IMG/VR virus record: IMGVR_UViG_3300036861_000632
Coordinates: 1-64,000 of that record
Origin: a virus
Direction: 5' to 3' (one strand)
DNA length: 64,000 nucleotides
Part shown: positions 26,494 through 36,124 of the stretch, in pieces
Layout of the letters: each line of letters opens with the position of its first letter
How positions within the stretch are numbered: the stretch's first letter is position 1
Position numbers and translations under genes: made by a program
The notes under the pieces: generated by a model
What the model was told of the DNA's origin: nothing
What the model saw: only the letters and a program-made list of their open reading frames with translations
The model's database searches: none

Positions 26494-26911
26494 AAGCGGA
26501 AATGGCGGCGGTGAGCGATCTCAATTTGGTGAGCTTTTCTTCCAGCGGAACATTTGGCCGGGTTACGCGCGCGAGCCGCCGCACGAAATCCGGCCCCTTG
26601 TTGAGCAGCCCGAGCGAGCCGGAAACCATGTCCTTCGCGCCCCCGATGCCCGTGATGACCACGATGGGGGTTCCGCGCGCCGTCGCCACAATCTCGAACA
26701 TTTTCCCGAGCGTTTCCGCGCTGGTCGAATCCTCCAGGGTCAGATCGAGCAGGATGAGGTCGAAATGTTTCTGGCTCAGGACGGCCAGCGCGTCCTTGAG
26801 CCGGGCGCAGTCCGTGAACTGCACATGGTCAGTGCCGTATGCCTGCTCAAACTCGTGATGGATGAGCAGCACGTCCTGCGGATTGTCTTCGATGAGCAGC
26901 AGAATCAACAT
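26465..26911 (-). CDS. Stand-alone response-regulator receiver (CheY-like) protein
   Basis: LLIEDN, DLILLDLTL (phospho-Asp), PIVVITG (Thr) and LNK (Lys). Confidence 0.85.
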   Translation of the reverse strand: MLILLLIEDNPQDVLLIHHEFEQAYGTDHVQFTDCARLKDALAVLSQKHFDLILLDLTLEDSTSAETLGKMFEIVATARGTPIVVITGIGGAKDMVSGSLGLLNKGPDFVRRLARVTRPNVPLEEKLTKLRSLTAAISAYAATETRPG

Positions 26912-26977
26912 GGCCGGTTGGTCTTTCTTTTAGTTCGTTTACGTACAGTTCACAATGTTTTCTCGTAGCCGTTCATA

Positions 26978-29899
26978 TCATGGAACAAGCGTTACCGCGG
27001 TAATCAGTCCGTTCAACACGGTGATGGTGGCGACATCGCCAGATCCGCCACCGCCAAAGCTATAGGTGCCATCGGCTGTGGGGTCTGGCGCAAGGTAATC
27101 CGTGCCGGCCGCCGCTGCCGAAATTGCCCCGGCTCCGTCCGCCTTCACGATACCATTGACGGCACCAACAACCGGGTCCAGTTCGGTATCGACGTAATCC
27201 GTCCCCGGCGTGGCGGCGGAAATTGCCCCGGCTCCGTCGGCTTTCACAAGGCCGGTGATTGCACCGACAATCGGATCGGTTTCCGCAGTGACAACGCCTG
27301 TCAGCCCCGAACCATCACCGTCGGGTGCCAGATAATCGGTTCCGGCAGCAGCCGCCGAAATTGCGCCCGCGCCGTCTGCTTTCACGAGGCCAGTGACCGC
27401 GCCAACGATGGGGTCGGTTTCGGTGGCCACATAGTCGGTTCCGGCAACCGCCGCCGAGATGTTCCCCGCGCCGTCCGCCATGACAATCCCCGTGATGGCA
27501 CCAACCACCGGATCGGTTTCCGACCCTGCGGTTGCCGACAAGGCTCCGGCGGAAAACGTAAGCCCGGCGCCAACCGTGATTTCCTCGATGGCCCCCGTGC
27601 TCGCCGTGGTCCGGCCAAGCAACCGCGCCGTGCTCATGGTCAGGCCGGATGAACCCACCGCGCCGGAACCGGCCGCCGCCAGATTCGTGCGCGCATTCGC
27701 CGCCGTGCTCGCGCCTGTGCCGCCGTCCGCGACTGCGAGATCGGTGATGCCCGCGACGGTTCCGCCCGTGATGGCGACCGCACTGGCGGCTTGCGTGGCC
27801 ATCGTGCCGAGGCCGAGATTGGTTCGCGCGCCCGTCGCATCGCTCGCCCCGGTCCCGCCATCCGCAAGGGCGAGGTCGGTGATGCCAGTGATGGTTCCGC
27901 CGGTAATCGCCACGGCACTGGCCGCCTGCGTCGCCAGTGTATCCAATCCGAGCGTGGTTCGCGCCGCCGCCGCGTTGGCGTCATCCACCAGCGTCAGAAT
28001 GAACGCCGAGACAGTGACGCCGCCAATCTTGTTCACCGTGGCGGCGGAGGCCGTGCCCGACAGATCGCCGCCGAGAGTGGGGTCGTCGTCGCCCGGTTCG
28101 CCTTTGTATTCAAACCACAAGCCGGTGAAATCGCCGGCCGACGGACTGGCAATCACCGTCGTCGAATTCTTGAACGCGATGAAATTCTTCTCGACGCTCG
28201 TGCTGAACCCGGTGCCGATGTCGTCATCCGCCCACGCGATGTAGAGGTAGGCATTCGCGCCATTGGTGCCGTTGGTTCCGGCTTGGGCGAGCTTCCACCA
28301 GTAGGTCGTATTCGAGACGGCCTGATTGGAATGCTCCACCTTGGCCATGTAGAGCGAACCGGAGTCCGTGACCATGTGGCCGGGCAGGTAGGTGTCCGAC
28401 GTGTTGTGCGCGCCCTTGACCTGGGTGGCCAGCAGCTTGAACAGGTTCTCACAAGTGATCTGTTTCAGGGCCGGAGTCGTCTCCGGGTTCTGAAGCAGCA
28501 TCAGCATGTCGCTCGCGGCAATGGACGTGGTTTCGGCCAGTGCCTCCACGGTTGTCTGCAAGTCCTCCGCCTCGGATTCCTCGATTGCGTCAATGCGCGC
28601 CTCGTGATCCTCCAGCATCGTGATCTGCGCCGCCGAAGCGAATCCCGCCGTGGAATTGGTCGCGTTGGAATGCGTGTGGCCGATGACCGAAACAACACTC
28701 GTGTCGATCTTGACGCCGTTGCTGTCGGAGGTCAGGCCGTTGCCCAGCCGCACATTGCCGCTGAATTCCGAGCCGGTGAGAATCAGGTCCAGCGTGTCCG
28801 TGTCGGCAACGGTCGGGCTGGCGAGCGCGGCAAGCTTGGTGAAATCCGCAATCGACATGAAACCGGCAGCCGACCCGGATGCTTCATCGTGCGTGTGGTC
28901 GATGGCCGGCACGACCGCCGGATCAACCTTGAGGCCGTCGGCATCGGAGGTTACTCCCCCGCCTGTTTTGAGCCGGACATCCGCGGTGATCTGGCCGGCG
29001 GTGATCGTCAGATCGACCGTCGCCGTGTCCGCCACGGTGACATCCTCCAGGGTATTGAGCTTCGTCTTGTCGGCGGCCGACATGAAGCCGGCAACCGATT
29101 CCGTCGCGTCGTCATGCGTGTGGTCAATCGCTGGAACCACCGCCGTATCAATTTTCAGCCCATCGGAATCCGAAGTGACGCCACCGCCCGACTTGACCCG
29201 CGCGCTCGCGGTCAATTGCTGATTCGCCTGCACGGCCAGGGTGACGGTCGTTGACGACAACGCTGAAAGCGCCGGGTGATCGTTCGTGTGATGATGGTCG
29301 CCGGCCGCCGCGGTGTCCCGCGTCGTGCCGATCTTGGCCGCCAATCCGTCCACCGTGCTTTCCAGTGCCGGGCCGGAATTGATCTGCGCGCAGTTGTAAG
29401 TCGCATAGACTTCCTGCGCGCCGCTGGCGGTGATGAGATTCGAGCCGGTAAGGATGTGGACGATGCCCAGCCGCCCATCGAGGTAATAGTCCGTGCCGGC
29501 AACCCCTGTTGCAATCGTCGTGCCGCCGCCCGCCGGCCGGCGAATAAGAACAACCGAGGAAACTATTTCCCGCTCAAGATCGAGACTGCCTCCGGCTGCC
29601 ACCGGATGATCGAACACCATCGTCAACCCGGTGCCTGCCGCTTGAACCTCAACGTCGTCGGGAATGATGACTTCGCCGGTCAACGCCTGTTCATCGAGCG
29701 CCAGCGCGAGCGTTTGGTTCGTGGCGGGCACAGTCACGGGTCCGTGAGTCTCGGCCGTAATCAACGCCTCGACTTCGGCTGTCGTTGGCCGTGTGGCAAT
29801 ATCCGCGTCATGCTCGCCTTTGCGAATGCAGTCCTCATCCGCCGTCGCCGGGCCGGACGAGGTGAACTTCGGAGCGGTTGTGGCTTTCAGGTCGGCCAT
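26978..29899 (-). CDS. Tail fibre / repeat-rich virion protein
   Basis: DLA.ADGGTGAS..ARTNL motifs, three HTH..AT...AGFMSAAD repeats and four E(T/L)DP.VGA..G.V.ADGAG.ISAA repeats. Confidence 0.75.
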   Translation of the reverse strand: MADLKATTAPKFTSSGPATADEDCIRKGEHDADIATRPTTAEVEALITAETHGPVTVPATNQTLALALDEQALTGEVIIPDDVEVQAAGTGLTMVFDHPVAAGGSLDLEREIVSSVVLIRRPAGGGTTIATGVAGTDYYLDGRLGIVHILTGSNLITASGAQEVYATYNCAQINSGPALESTVDGLAAKIGTTRDTAAAGDHHHTNDHPALSALSSTTVTLAVQANQQLTASARVKSGGGVTSDSDGLKIDTAVVPAIDHTHDDATESVAGFMSAADKTKLNTLEDVTVADTATVDLTITAGQITADVRLKTGGGVTSDADGLKVDPAVVPAIDHTHDEASGSAAGFMSIADFTKLAALASPTVADTDTLDLILTGSEFSGNVRLGNGLTSDSNGVKIDTSVVSVIGHTHSNATNSTAGFASAAQITMLEDHEARIDAIEESEAEDLQTTVEALAETTSIAASDMLMLLQNPETTPALKQITCENLFKLLATQVKGAHNTSDTYLPGHMVTDSGSLYMAKVEHSNQAVSNTTYWWKLAQAGTNGTNGANAYLYIAWADDDIGTGFSTSVEKNFIAFKNSTTVIASPSAGDFTGLWFEYKGEPGDDDPTLGGDLSGTASAATVNKIGGVTVSAFILTLVDDANAAAARTTLGLDTLATQAASAVAITGGTITGITDLALADGGTGASDATGARTNLGLGTMATQAASAVAITGGTVAGITDLAVADGGTGASTAANARTNLAAAGSGAVGSSGLTMSTARLLGRTTASTGAIEEITVGAGLTFSAGALSATAGSETDPVVGAITGIVMADGAGNISAAVAGTDYVATETDPIVGAVTGLVKADGAGAISAAAAGTDYLAPDGDGSGLTGVVTAETDPIVGAITGLVKADGAGAISAATPGTDYVDTELDPVVGAVNGIVKADGAGAISAAAAGTDYLAPDPTADGTYSFGGGGSGDVATITVLNGLITAVTLVP

Positions 29900-29902
29900 G
29901 CG

Positions 29903-31402
29903 TCAGGAATTATGCTGGCCTCCGGCGGGTGTGCCCGGACTGCCTGATGGAGCCTTGACACCGGCCTGTTTCTGGAACGTTGATTCGCCAAGGGCCGGGT
30001 GCATTCCCTGCGCGACGGCGTAAAGTGGGCTGAATTTCTTGACCGCATCAGGATCATCGGCTTCTTCCACCTTCCGGTCGCCCTCCTGATCGTCCAAACC
30101 AAATTCCTTGTTCGTCGTGGCGACGCTGCTCAATCCATTCTGATAGGCGAATTTCAGCATCTCCATCATCAACCGGGCCTCGTTGAAGATCAGGTTGGAC
30201 CAGACCACGTTGACCTCTACCGGCGGATGCCATGCCGCATTGATGATGAACGTCAGGTAGGAACCCATCTCGTTTCGGGCATCGAACGCCTCGCCCTTTA
30301 CCATGCTCGTGAGATAGGGTGCCACGCCCTTCGCTTGGAGCATCTTCGCGATGCTGCCGCCCCAATCGTTGAGCCGCTTATCCGTACCGCGCCACGCGAG
30401 ATCGTCGAAGCGTTTGAGATCGGGCCACGGAAAATCAATGGCATGGTCGAAGTTCGCGGTGACATCGTTGACGCCCTCGACATTCAGGAACTTGTCCTTC
30501 ACACCCTTGTCGCGCGTCGGGTTCCACATATAGGTGGACTTGCCTGCATGGACGCCGCTTTTGATCTCATGGCCAAGCTGGTGAAACCGCGTGACATTGC
30601 GGAGCAGGAACGATTCGCGCGCGAATCCGATCTCCTTGTCCTCCACTTCGCCAAGGAGGCGAAAAATGCTGAACAGCCTCGGCACGCCCAGTCCGTCACC
30701 AACGGCCGCCTGCTTCAACACCTTGAAGTGTTCGCCCTCTTTTGGGTTGAGGAATATTTCCGCCCGCGCGAAACGCTGCGCTTGTTCCGGCAACAATTGG
30801 GCGATCTCTGCCTGCGTCAGTCCGTGCTGGTACTTCAGCGTCTCGACGGCGAACTTGTCCGAGTACGTGCAGACATCCGGGGCGAGCGTCAGGGCGATGT
30901 CGCGGTCGTCCAGCCACATCGAGATCACACTGTCGTACAGAAGGAACCGGCTCCAAGCGTCCTTGGCGAACTTTGCCAGTTGCTCGCCGAACTTCGCATT
31001 GCTCTCGATTTCGATTTCCTCCTGCGTTTGCGGATCGGTGATGGTTTTTACGAGCGGGTCCGCCTGTTTGGCCAGCCACTCGTCGAGCTTCTTGAGCGCG
31101 TTCTTCTTGCTGGCATCCTTGCCGGCGGGAACGACGTGAAACTCGTAATTGAGGATCGAAAGCTTGAGCGGCAGGAAAGAGGACAGGAACGATGATTCCT
31201 GCGCGTAGTAGCGGCACTTGGCGAAGACGCTGGAAAGGTCGCTGACGCCCGGTTTCTTCGTGCGCTCCGACTGGACCCATTCGAGCTTTTGGAGTTGGGC
31301 GAGATTGCCCGCGTGCTTCGTCATCGCGACGTACATCGCGTTGGCTGAACGGGTCAAGGCCCGGTTCTCGGAAGCTGTTGCCCGGCGGGTTGCATTCTTC
31401 AT
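29903..31402 (-). CDS. Portal protein
   Basis: 499 aa directly after the terminase; GLGVPRL element. Confidence 0.7.
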   Translation of the reverse strand: MKNATRRATASENRALTRSANAMYVAMTKHAGNLAQLQKLEWVQSERTKKPGVSDLSSVFAKCRYYAQESSFLSSFLPLKLSILNYEFHVVPAGKDASKKNALKKLDEWLAKQADPLVKTITDPQTQEEIEIESNAKFGEQLAKFAKDAWSRFLLYDSVISMWLDDRDIALTLAPDVCTYSDKFAVETLKYQHGLTQAEIAQLLPEQAQRFARAEIFLNPKEGEHFKVLKQAAVGDGLGVPRLFSIFRLLGEVEDKEIGFARESFLLRNVTRFHQLGHEIKSGVHAGKSTYMWNPTRDKGVKDKFLNVEGVNDVTANFDHAIDFPWPDLKRFDDLAWRGTDKRLNDWGGSIAKMLQAKGVAPYLTSMVKGEAFDARNEMGSYLTFIINAAWHPPVEVNVVWSNLIFNEARLMMEMLKFAYQNGLSSVATTNKEFGLDDQEGDRKVEEADDPDAVKKFSPLYAVAQGMHPALGESTFQKQAGVKAPSGSPGTPAGGQHNS

Positions 31403-31414
31403 CGCTTCCGCCGG

Positions 31415-31442
31415 GGTATAACCGCCCTTGACGCCGTGGCAA
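31415..31442 (-). promoter_or_regulatory. Putative promoter TTGCCA-N16-TATACC
   Basis: Third copy of the motif, in the terminase-portal gap. Confidence 0.5.
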
Positions 31443-31451
31443 GGCTAAAGC

Positions 31452-33281
31452 CTACCCGCACATCGCCGCGCTCTCCTCCGGCACATCGTTCCCGCCCTCG
31501 GACATCTGCTCCTTCAACCACTCCCGAAACGCCACATACGCATACATGCCCGCGTAGGCGAAGTCCTTGTTGCCGCGCGCCGAGTAGAGCCGTGCCCCGT
31601 GCGCCGACGTGAACGTGGTCCCGTTCTCGTTCGTCTTCACGAAGACGCGCGTCAACTGGATCGCCATTTTTTGCAGCAGCCGGTTGGCGTGTTTGCGTTC
31701 CTCGGTCCATTCGGCGGTTTGTTGCTGCGGCCGGTCATTCAACCGCTCCGGCAGTCCGATGAGCCTGTTGGAGATGGCCTCGTGGAACTCCGAGTGCGCC
31801 AGATCGTACAGGTTGTCATCGTGCCGGCGCGGGCATTCGCTCCACAACTCGCTGATCCGGGTGTCCTGCCACGAGAACATGGAGAGGATGAATTCCGAGT
31901 TCATCGGCAGCTTTTCCTCGTCCTCGATGCAGGCGATGGGGCGCACACGCACGTTCTCTCCTGGCACTTCACGGCGGGCCTTGGCCAGTTCGGGACGAAT
32001 CCACTGACCGCCGCCGTTCGGGTCCATCACAATCCGCGAGAATCCGAAGTGGAGATGCTTGCGTTGCAGAATCGCCGCCCATTGTTCGCCGTCCGCTCCG
32101 CGCACCTGATAGGCCCAGATGAAGTCCAGTTCCATGTCCCGCAGATCGAGGATGGATTCGCCGACCTGTCGCGCCCGCAGCACGACCACGGCGCCGTCAT
32201 CGGATTTGCGCGAGTCGGACTTGGCCGGGTCAATGCCGCAGAAATAGAACGTGGGCCTTGCGCCGATCAAGTTCGTCGGTGATCGGTGCCCCGTGATGGG
32301 CAGGACGTTCCGTTCCTTGCCGAGATTGTAGGCGGCCTTGATGAGTTCCGGCGTGTACAGCCCGCGGCCATTGTCAGACCAGATGCCCAGCAATTCCTCG
32401 CGCACCTTGGCCCGGCCTTTGCGGCGCATGTCGGCAATGTTGTCGTCATCGCGCAACTTTTCGCGGAACGACTTGCCATCGCGATACTGGAAATGGCTCC
32501 AGTCCTTGTACGAGTATTGCAGGATGGCGAAGTTCGGATCACCCGCGGCAACGCGGCGCTTGAAGTAAAGCCACCGATCGTACCCCGGATGGACGGCATC
32601 CTCGGCGGTGCCCAGGAACATCTGGTGGTTGGTCCAGAACGGGTGTTCCTTGTTGAAATTCTCGCGGTTCGTCCGGCCAATGAGTTGATCGTCGATGCCG
32701 GTTGATCCGGTCGCGTCGATCTTCGGCCATTCGTCGATGCCAAGAAAGTTGAAGCGCAGACCGGCTTGGTTTTTAGAGTCCTGCAAGAACGAACCGGCCG
32801 GCATGAGGATTTTCGATTGGTTGAGGAAATCGACCGCGTAACACGACGGGTTCTTGCTCGCCCCCTTGCTCACGTCCTCCTCAACGCCATCGAGGCCGAC
32901 CACGCGCGGTTTGCCCACCTGTGCGCGGAAGAAATCCGACTGCGCGGCGTAGCGCGAGAAGTAGGGGTAGAACGCCTGCTGCATGGTCGGGAACGACTGA
33001 AAGTAGATGGCGGCGACGTGATCGGGGATGACGATGCAGCGGAGGACGGATACCCAAAACAGGTTGACCGTCTTGGCGGAATTGTAGCCCGACGAATCCA
33101 TGACGCGCGGCACCCACCAACTGATTTTGAACCGGCTCTTTTGGAACTCGTCCATCTTGATCTTGAAGGTGAACTCGGCGAGGCGCGTCACGTCGTCCGT
33201 CATCGCGTCCTCGATCATCGTCTGAGTGATCTTCAGATGCTTGGGGACGGAGGGGATGAGGATTTGCGGGCCGTCGGTCAT
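31452..33281 (-). CDS. terL: Terminase large subunit
   Basis: Deviant Walker A SGYNSAKT, Walker B FLGIDE, motif LGTA, nuclease GIDPA...SDD and KDFAYA. Confidence 0.8.
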   Translation of the reverse strand: MTDGPQILIPSVPKHLKITQTMIEDAMTDDVTRLAEFTFKIKMDEFQKSRFKISWWVPRVMDSSGYNSAKTVNLFWVSVLRCIVIPDHVAAIYFQSFPTMQQAFYPYFSRYAAQSDFFRAQVGKPRVVGLDGVEEDVSKGASKNPSCYAVDFLNQSKILMPAGSFLQDSKNQAGLRFNFLGIDEWPKIDATGSTGIDDQLIGRTNRENFNKEHPFWTNHQMFLGTAEDAVHPGYDRWLYFKRRVAAGDPNFAILQYSYKDWSHFQYRDGKSFREKLRDDDNIADMRRKGRAKVREELLGIWSDNGRGLYTPELIKAAYNLGKERNVLPITGHRSPTNLIGARPTFYFCGIDPAKSDSRKSDDGAVVVLRARQVGESILDLRDMELDFIWAYQVRGADGEQWAAILQRKHLHFGFSRIVMDPNGGGQWIRPELAKARREVPGENVRVRPIACIEDEEKLPMNSEFILSMFSWQDTRISELWSECPRRHDDNLYDLAHSEFHEAISNRLIGLPERLNDRPQQQTAEWTEERKHANRLLQKMAIQLTRVFVKTNENGTTFTSAHGARLYSARGNKDFAYAGMYAYVAFREWLKEQMSEGGNDVPEESAAMCG

Positions 33282-33937
33282 GTGGCTACCAAGGTGTGTT
33301 GCTTCACGCCGGGCATTATGGCACGACCGATGTATTCCGTGTAGGCTGGCGGTATTGCTTCCTTGAGTCCGTCACTGGACATCCATCCAATGCCATAGGC
33401 TTGCGGCGCGTTCTTCACGGACTTCGGCTGGATGCCGAGGGCGTGGCGTTTGGCGCGGCTTGCTTTGCTGGCGGTCGTCACCAGCAGCGGAAGATTTGAG
33501 TGGTCGCACTTGCACGGAGCGGCGACTTGGATATTCGTCTCGAAGTAGCGATGCCGTTGCGTCCGCAGCCCGAACATTGAGCCGCAGAGCATCACCGGGT
33601 TTTCCAGTTCGTGCCGTGCGCCCGCCACATTCTCGATGACGTAGGGCTTGTCGAGACGCTTAACCAGTTCACGCACGGCGGGTATCAGCTTCGCGTGGTC
33701 GCCGCGATTCTTGGCGGGCGTCAGGTGCGAATAGCCTTGGCATGGCGGAGAGGCGTGTATCAGGTCGTATTCGTGGCCGTGCGCTTCGAGGTATTCGAGA
33801 GCATCACCGAGCACGAACGAGAACGGGTAGCGCGGACGCGGCATGATGTCCACGCCCGTCACTTCGTAGCCCGCGAGCGCGTAGCCCATGCCTGCGCCAC
33901 CTTCGCAGCAGAACAAATCCAAAAGGCGGATGCTCAT
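33278..33937 (-). CDS. C5-cytosine DNA methyltransferase (short phage type)
   Basis: LDLFCCEGG, SPPCQ, IENV and RHR. Confidence 0.85.
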   Translation of the reverse strand: MSIRLLDLFCCEGGAGMGYALAGYEVTGVDIMPRPRYPFSFVLGDALEYLEAHGHEYDLIHASPPCQGYSHLTPAKNRGDHAKLIPAVRELVKRLDKPYVIENVAGARHELENPVMLCGSMFGLRTQRHRYFETNIQVAAPCKCDHSNLPLLVTTASKASRAKRHALGIQPKSVKNAPQAYGIGWMSSDGLKEAIPPAYTEYIGRAIMPGVKQHTLVAT

Positions 33938-33938
33938 A

Positions 33939-35135
33939 TCAAGTCGCTCTTACCGGATTGTTGTCTATCGACACACACGCTTCCGGCGCGGCGATGTCTT
34001 CCTCCTCGTCCGGCACAAACAACGGCGGGAACTCGCCTTCCGGCCCGGCCGCCTCAAGGTCAATCACGATGCCATGTCGCTCGCGCAATTTCGCCTGCGC
34101 CTCGCGGAAGCCTTCATCCATCGCGCGCAGATGCGACACCGGCAGCTTGGACTTGAACGCCGGATCGAACAGTCCCGCCTTCGCCTCAAGAATGGCCGCT
34201 ACCAATCCAGGCCGGTAACGCACGGGCAGTTGCTCGCTTTCCCGCAACTCGACTTGGATCTCGAATGCGGAGAAGAACCCGTCGATGAGCGGGTCTTTCT
34301 TCGTCAGCCGGCCAAGGGCGGCATTACGCACGATTTCCACCAGTTGCGAAAAACAGCCGGTGACATTGACCTTGTTGCGCGCGGCCTTGAGGTAGGGGCA
34401 GCTTTCCTCCAGTTGCTCCCACTGCTTCTGATACATGGATTCGATGGTGTTCTGCGTCTTTTGAATCCGCTCGAAGTCCTTCGACAAAACCGGCGTCGAG
34501 CACGATTCGTTGTCGAGCCGCCGCATCTGGAGTTCGTTGATGATGATGCGCCGGGCATTGCCGCTGGCATTGGTCTGGTGCAATGCCTGCCCGATTTCTC
34601 CAAGCCGCTTGGCGAACCACCGGATTTCATCCGTGCGTTCAAGGTCGTCCTTCCGCTCCACATCGAACATCTTCATCGTGAAGCCGTGATCGGTGATGAT
34701 CTTGGACAGCTTCTCGTATTCTTCCGGCCCGATCTCCGGCGTGAGTGGCGCGGGCACGACGGCTTCAGCGACGGCCAGTTCGTTGTCCGCCGGCCGGTCC
34801 CGCGTGTATTCGTTCCATTTGAACGCGAGGAAGTCGAGTTGATCCTCGATGACGGCGACCTCGACATTGCTGATTTTGGCGATTTCCTCGACCTCGAAGC
34901 ACTTGAGGAATTCGACATCGGAATCCGCCTTGGGCACGAGCGGGTTGATGCCATACATCATTCGGCACATGCGCCACTGGGTCGGATGGCCCTGCGCCAT
35001 CGTGTGCAGTTGCGCGAGGTCTTTGGGGAACAGTTTGCCAAAGCGATCCTGCATAGGGCCGAAACGGTCGATGCGCCAGATGCGGTCTTCCTCGATGGTG
35101 CGGTATTCTTCGATGTCGTTTTTTTTGCGGGCCAT
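33939..35135 (-). CDS. Hypothetical protein, possible terminase small subunit/packaging factor
   Basis: 398 aa, helical, upstream of terL; positional call only. Confidence 0.35.
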   Translation of the reverse strand: MARKKNDIEEYRTIEEDRIWRIDRFGPMQDRFGKLFPKDLAQLHTMAQGHPTQWRMCRMMYGINPLVPKADSDVEFLKCFEVEEIAKISNVEVAVIEDQLDFLAFKWNEYTRDRPADNELAVAEAVVPAPLTPEIGPEEYEKLSKIITDHGFTMKMFDVERKDDLERTDEIRWFAKRLGEIGQALHQTNASGNARRIIINELQMRRLDNESCSTPVLSKDFERIQKTQNTIESMYQKQWEQLEESCPYLKAARNKVNVTGCFSQLVEIVRNAALGRLTKKDPLIDGFFSAFEIQVELRESEQLPVRYRPGLVAAILEAKAGLFDPAFKSKLPVSHLRAMDEGFREAQAKLRERHGIVIDLEAAGPEGEFPPLFVPDEEEDIAAPEACVSIDNNPVRAT

Positions 35136-35374
35136 AGGTCAATGGATTCTGGAAAGCTGGGCACGCCAAGCGTTCGCCATATCCAACAAGGCGTTCACGT
35201 CTTCATCGGAACCCGTGCGTGCCTGCGCCATGTGATAGCCGTGGCGACGTTGGAATTCGGCTCCGGCGATGAGGAGGTTGTGGCGCAGCACCTCGGCCGG
35301 CATCTCGTCAATGGATGCGTAGTGGTTCCCGGTGCGGCAGCATTTCAGCGGGTGAAGATTACATCTGACGTTTT

Positions 35375-36124
35375 TCACAGCTTCAGGTATTCGGCATTCA
35401 CGTCATTGAGCCACGCCCGTCGTCCGTTGGCGATGGCTTCACGCCCGGTTGTACCACTGCCCGCGAACGGGTCAGCCACAAGGTCGCCGGGATTCGACCA
35501 CGAAAGTATCAGGTCACGCGCCAGCCATTTCGGCATCATCGCCGGATGCTTCAATTCGACGCACATTTCCTCCTGTCCGCGAGTGTTGCCAAGCCAGACG
35601 TTGTGGCGCATTCCGAACTCAGCGTTGATCTTCTTTGCGCGAACCGATTTGCTGCCATTCCGCTCCGTGAACGTGTTGACTCCAAGGTTGCCGACGCATC
35701 CCGCCGTGAGGTTCTTGCGATCTTTTATGGGGTTGAAAACCCGCGGGGCACCTTTTGACAGGATGAACACATACTCAAAGACTTGGTGATACCGCGTGCG
35801 CTCCGGGTGACTGAAATTCCGCTTCTGATAGATCATCGTGTCATGCACGCGAAAGCCGCATACGTCAGCGAAATAGATTTTCTGGCGGCATGAGGTCAGC
35901 GTTTCTGAACCTTTCACCACCGCGTCGTTCACGTTCCAACAAACTATCCCGCCTTTGCATAGCACACGGTAAAGCTCGCGCGCTGTTCCCTCAAAGTCCC
36001 ATTCGCATCCTGTGTAATCCCGTAAATTGTCGTAGGGAGGAGAAGTACAGACCAGTTGCACGCTGCCTTGCTCAAGCGTTTTCAGGGCCGCCACGGAGTC
36101 TTTGTTCTCAATGATCTTTGTCAC
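35375..36124 (-). CDS. N4-cytosine/N6-adenine DNA methyltransferase (beta class)
   Basis: TSPPY precedes HPA and DPFAGSGTT. Confidence 0.9.
   Translation of the reverse strand: MTKIIENKDSVAALKTLEQGSVQLVCTSPPYDNLRDYTGCEWDFEGTARELYRVLCKGGIVCWNVNDAVVKGSETLTSCRQKIYFADVCGFRVHDTMIYQKRNFSHPERTRYHQVFEYVFILSKGAPRVFNPIKDRKNLTAGCVGNLGVNTFTERNGSKSVRAKKINAEFGMRHNVWLGNTRGQEEMCVELKHPAMMPKWLARDLILSWSNPGDLVADPFAGSGTTGREAIANGRRAWLNDVNAEYLKL

Noticed and set aside
27090-27525. Fibre repeats as a DGR template/variable pair
   Set aside because: No reverse transcriptase is present, and the differences are not adenine-specific.
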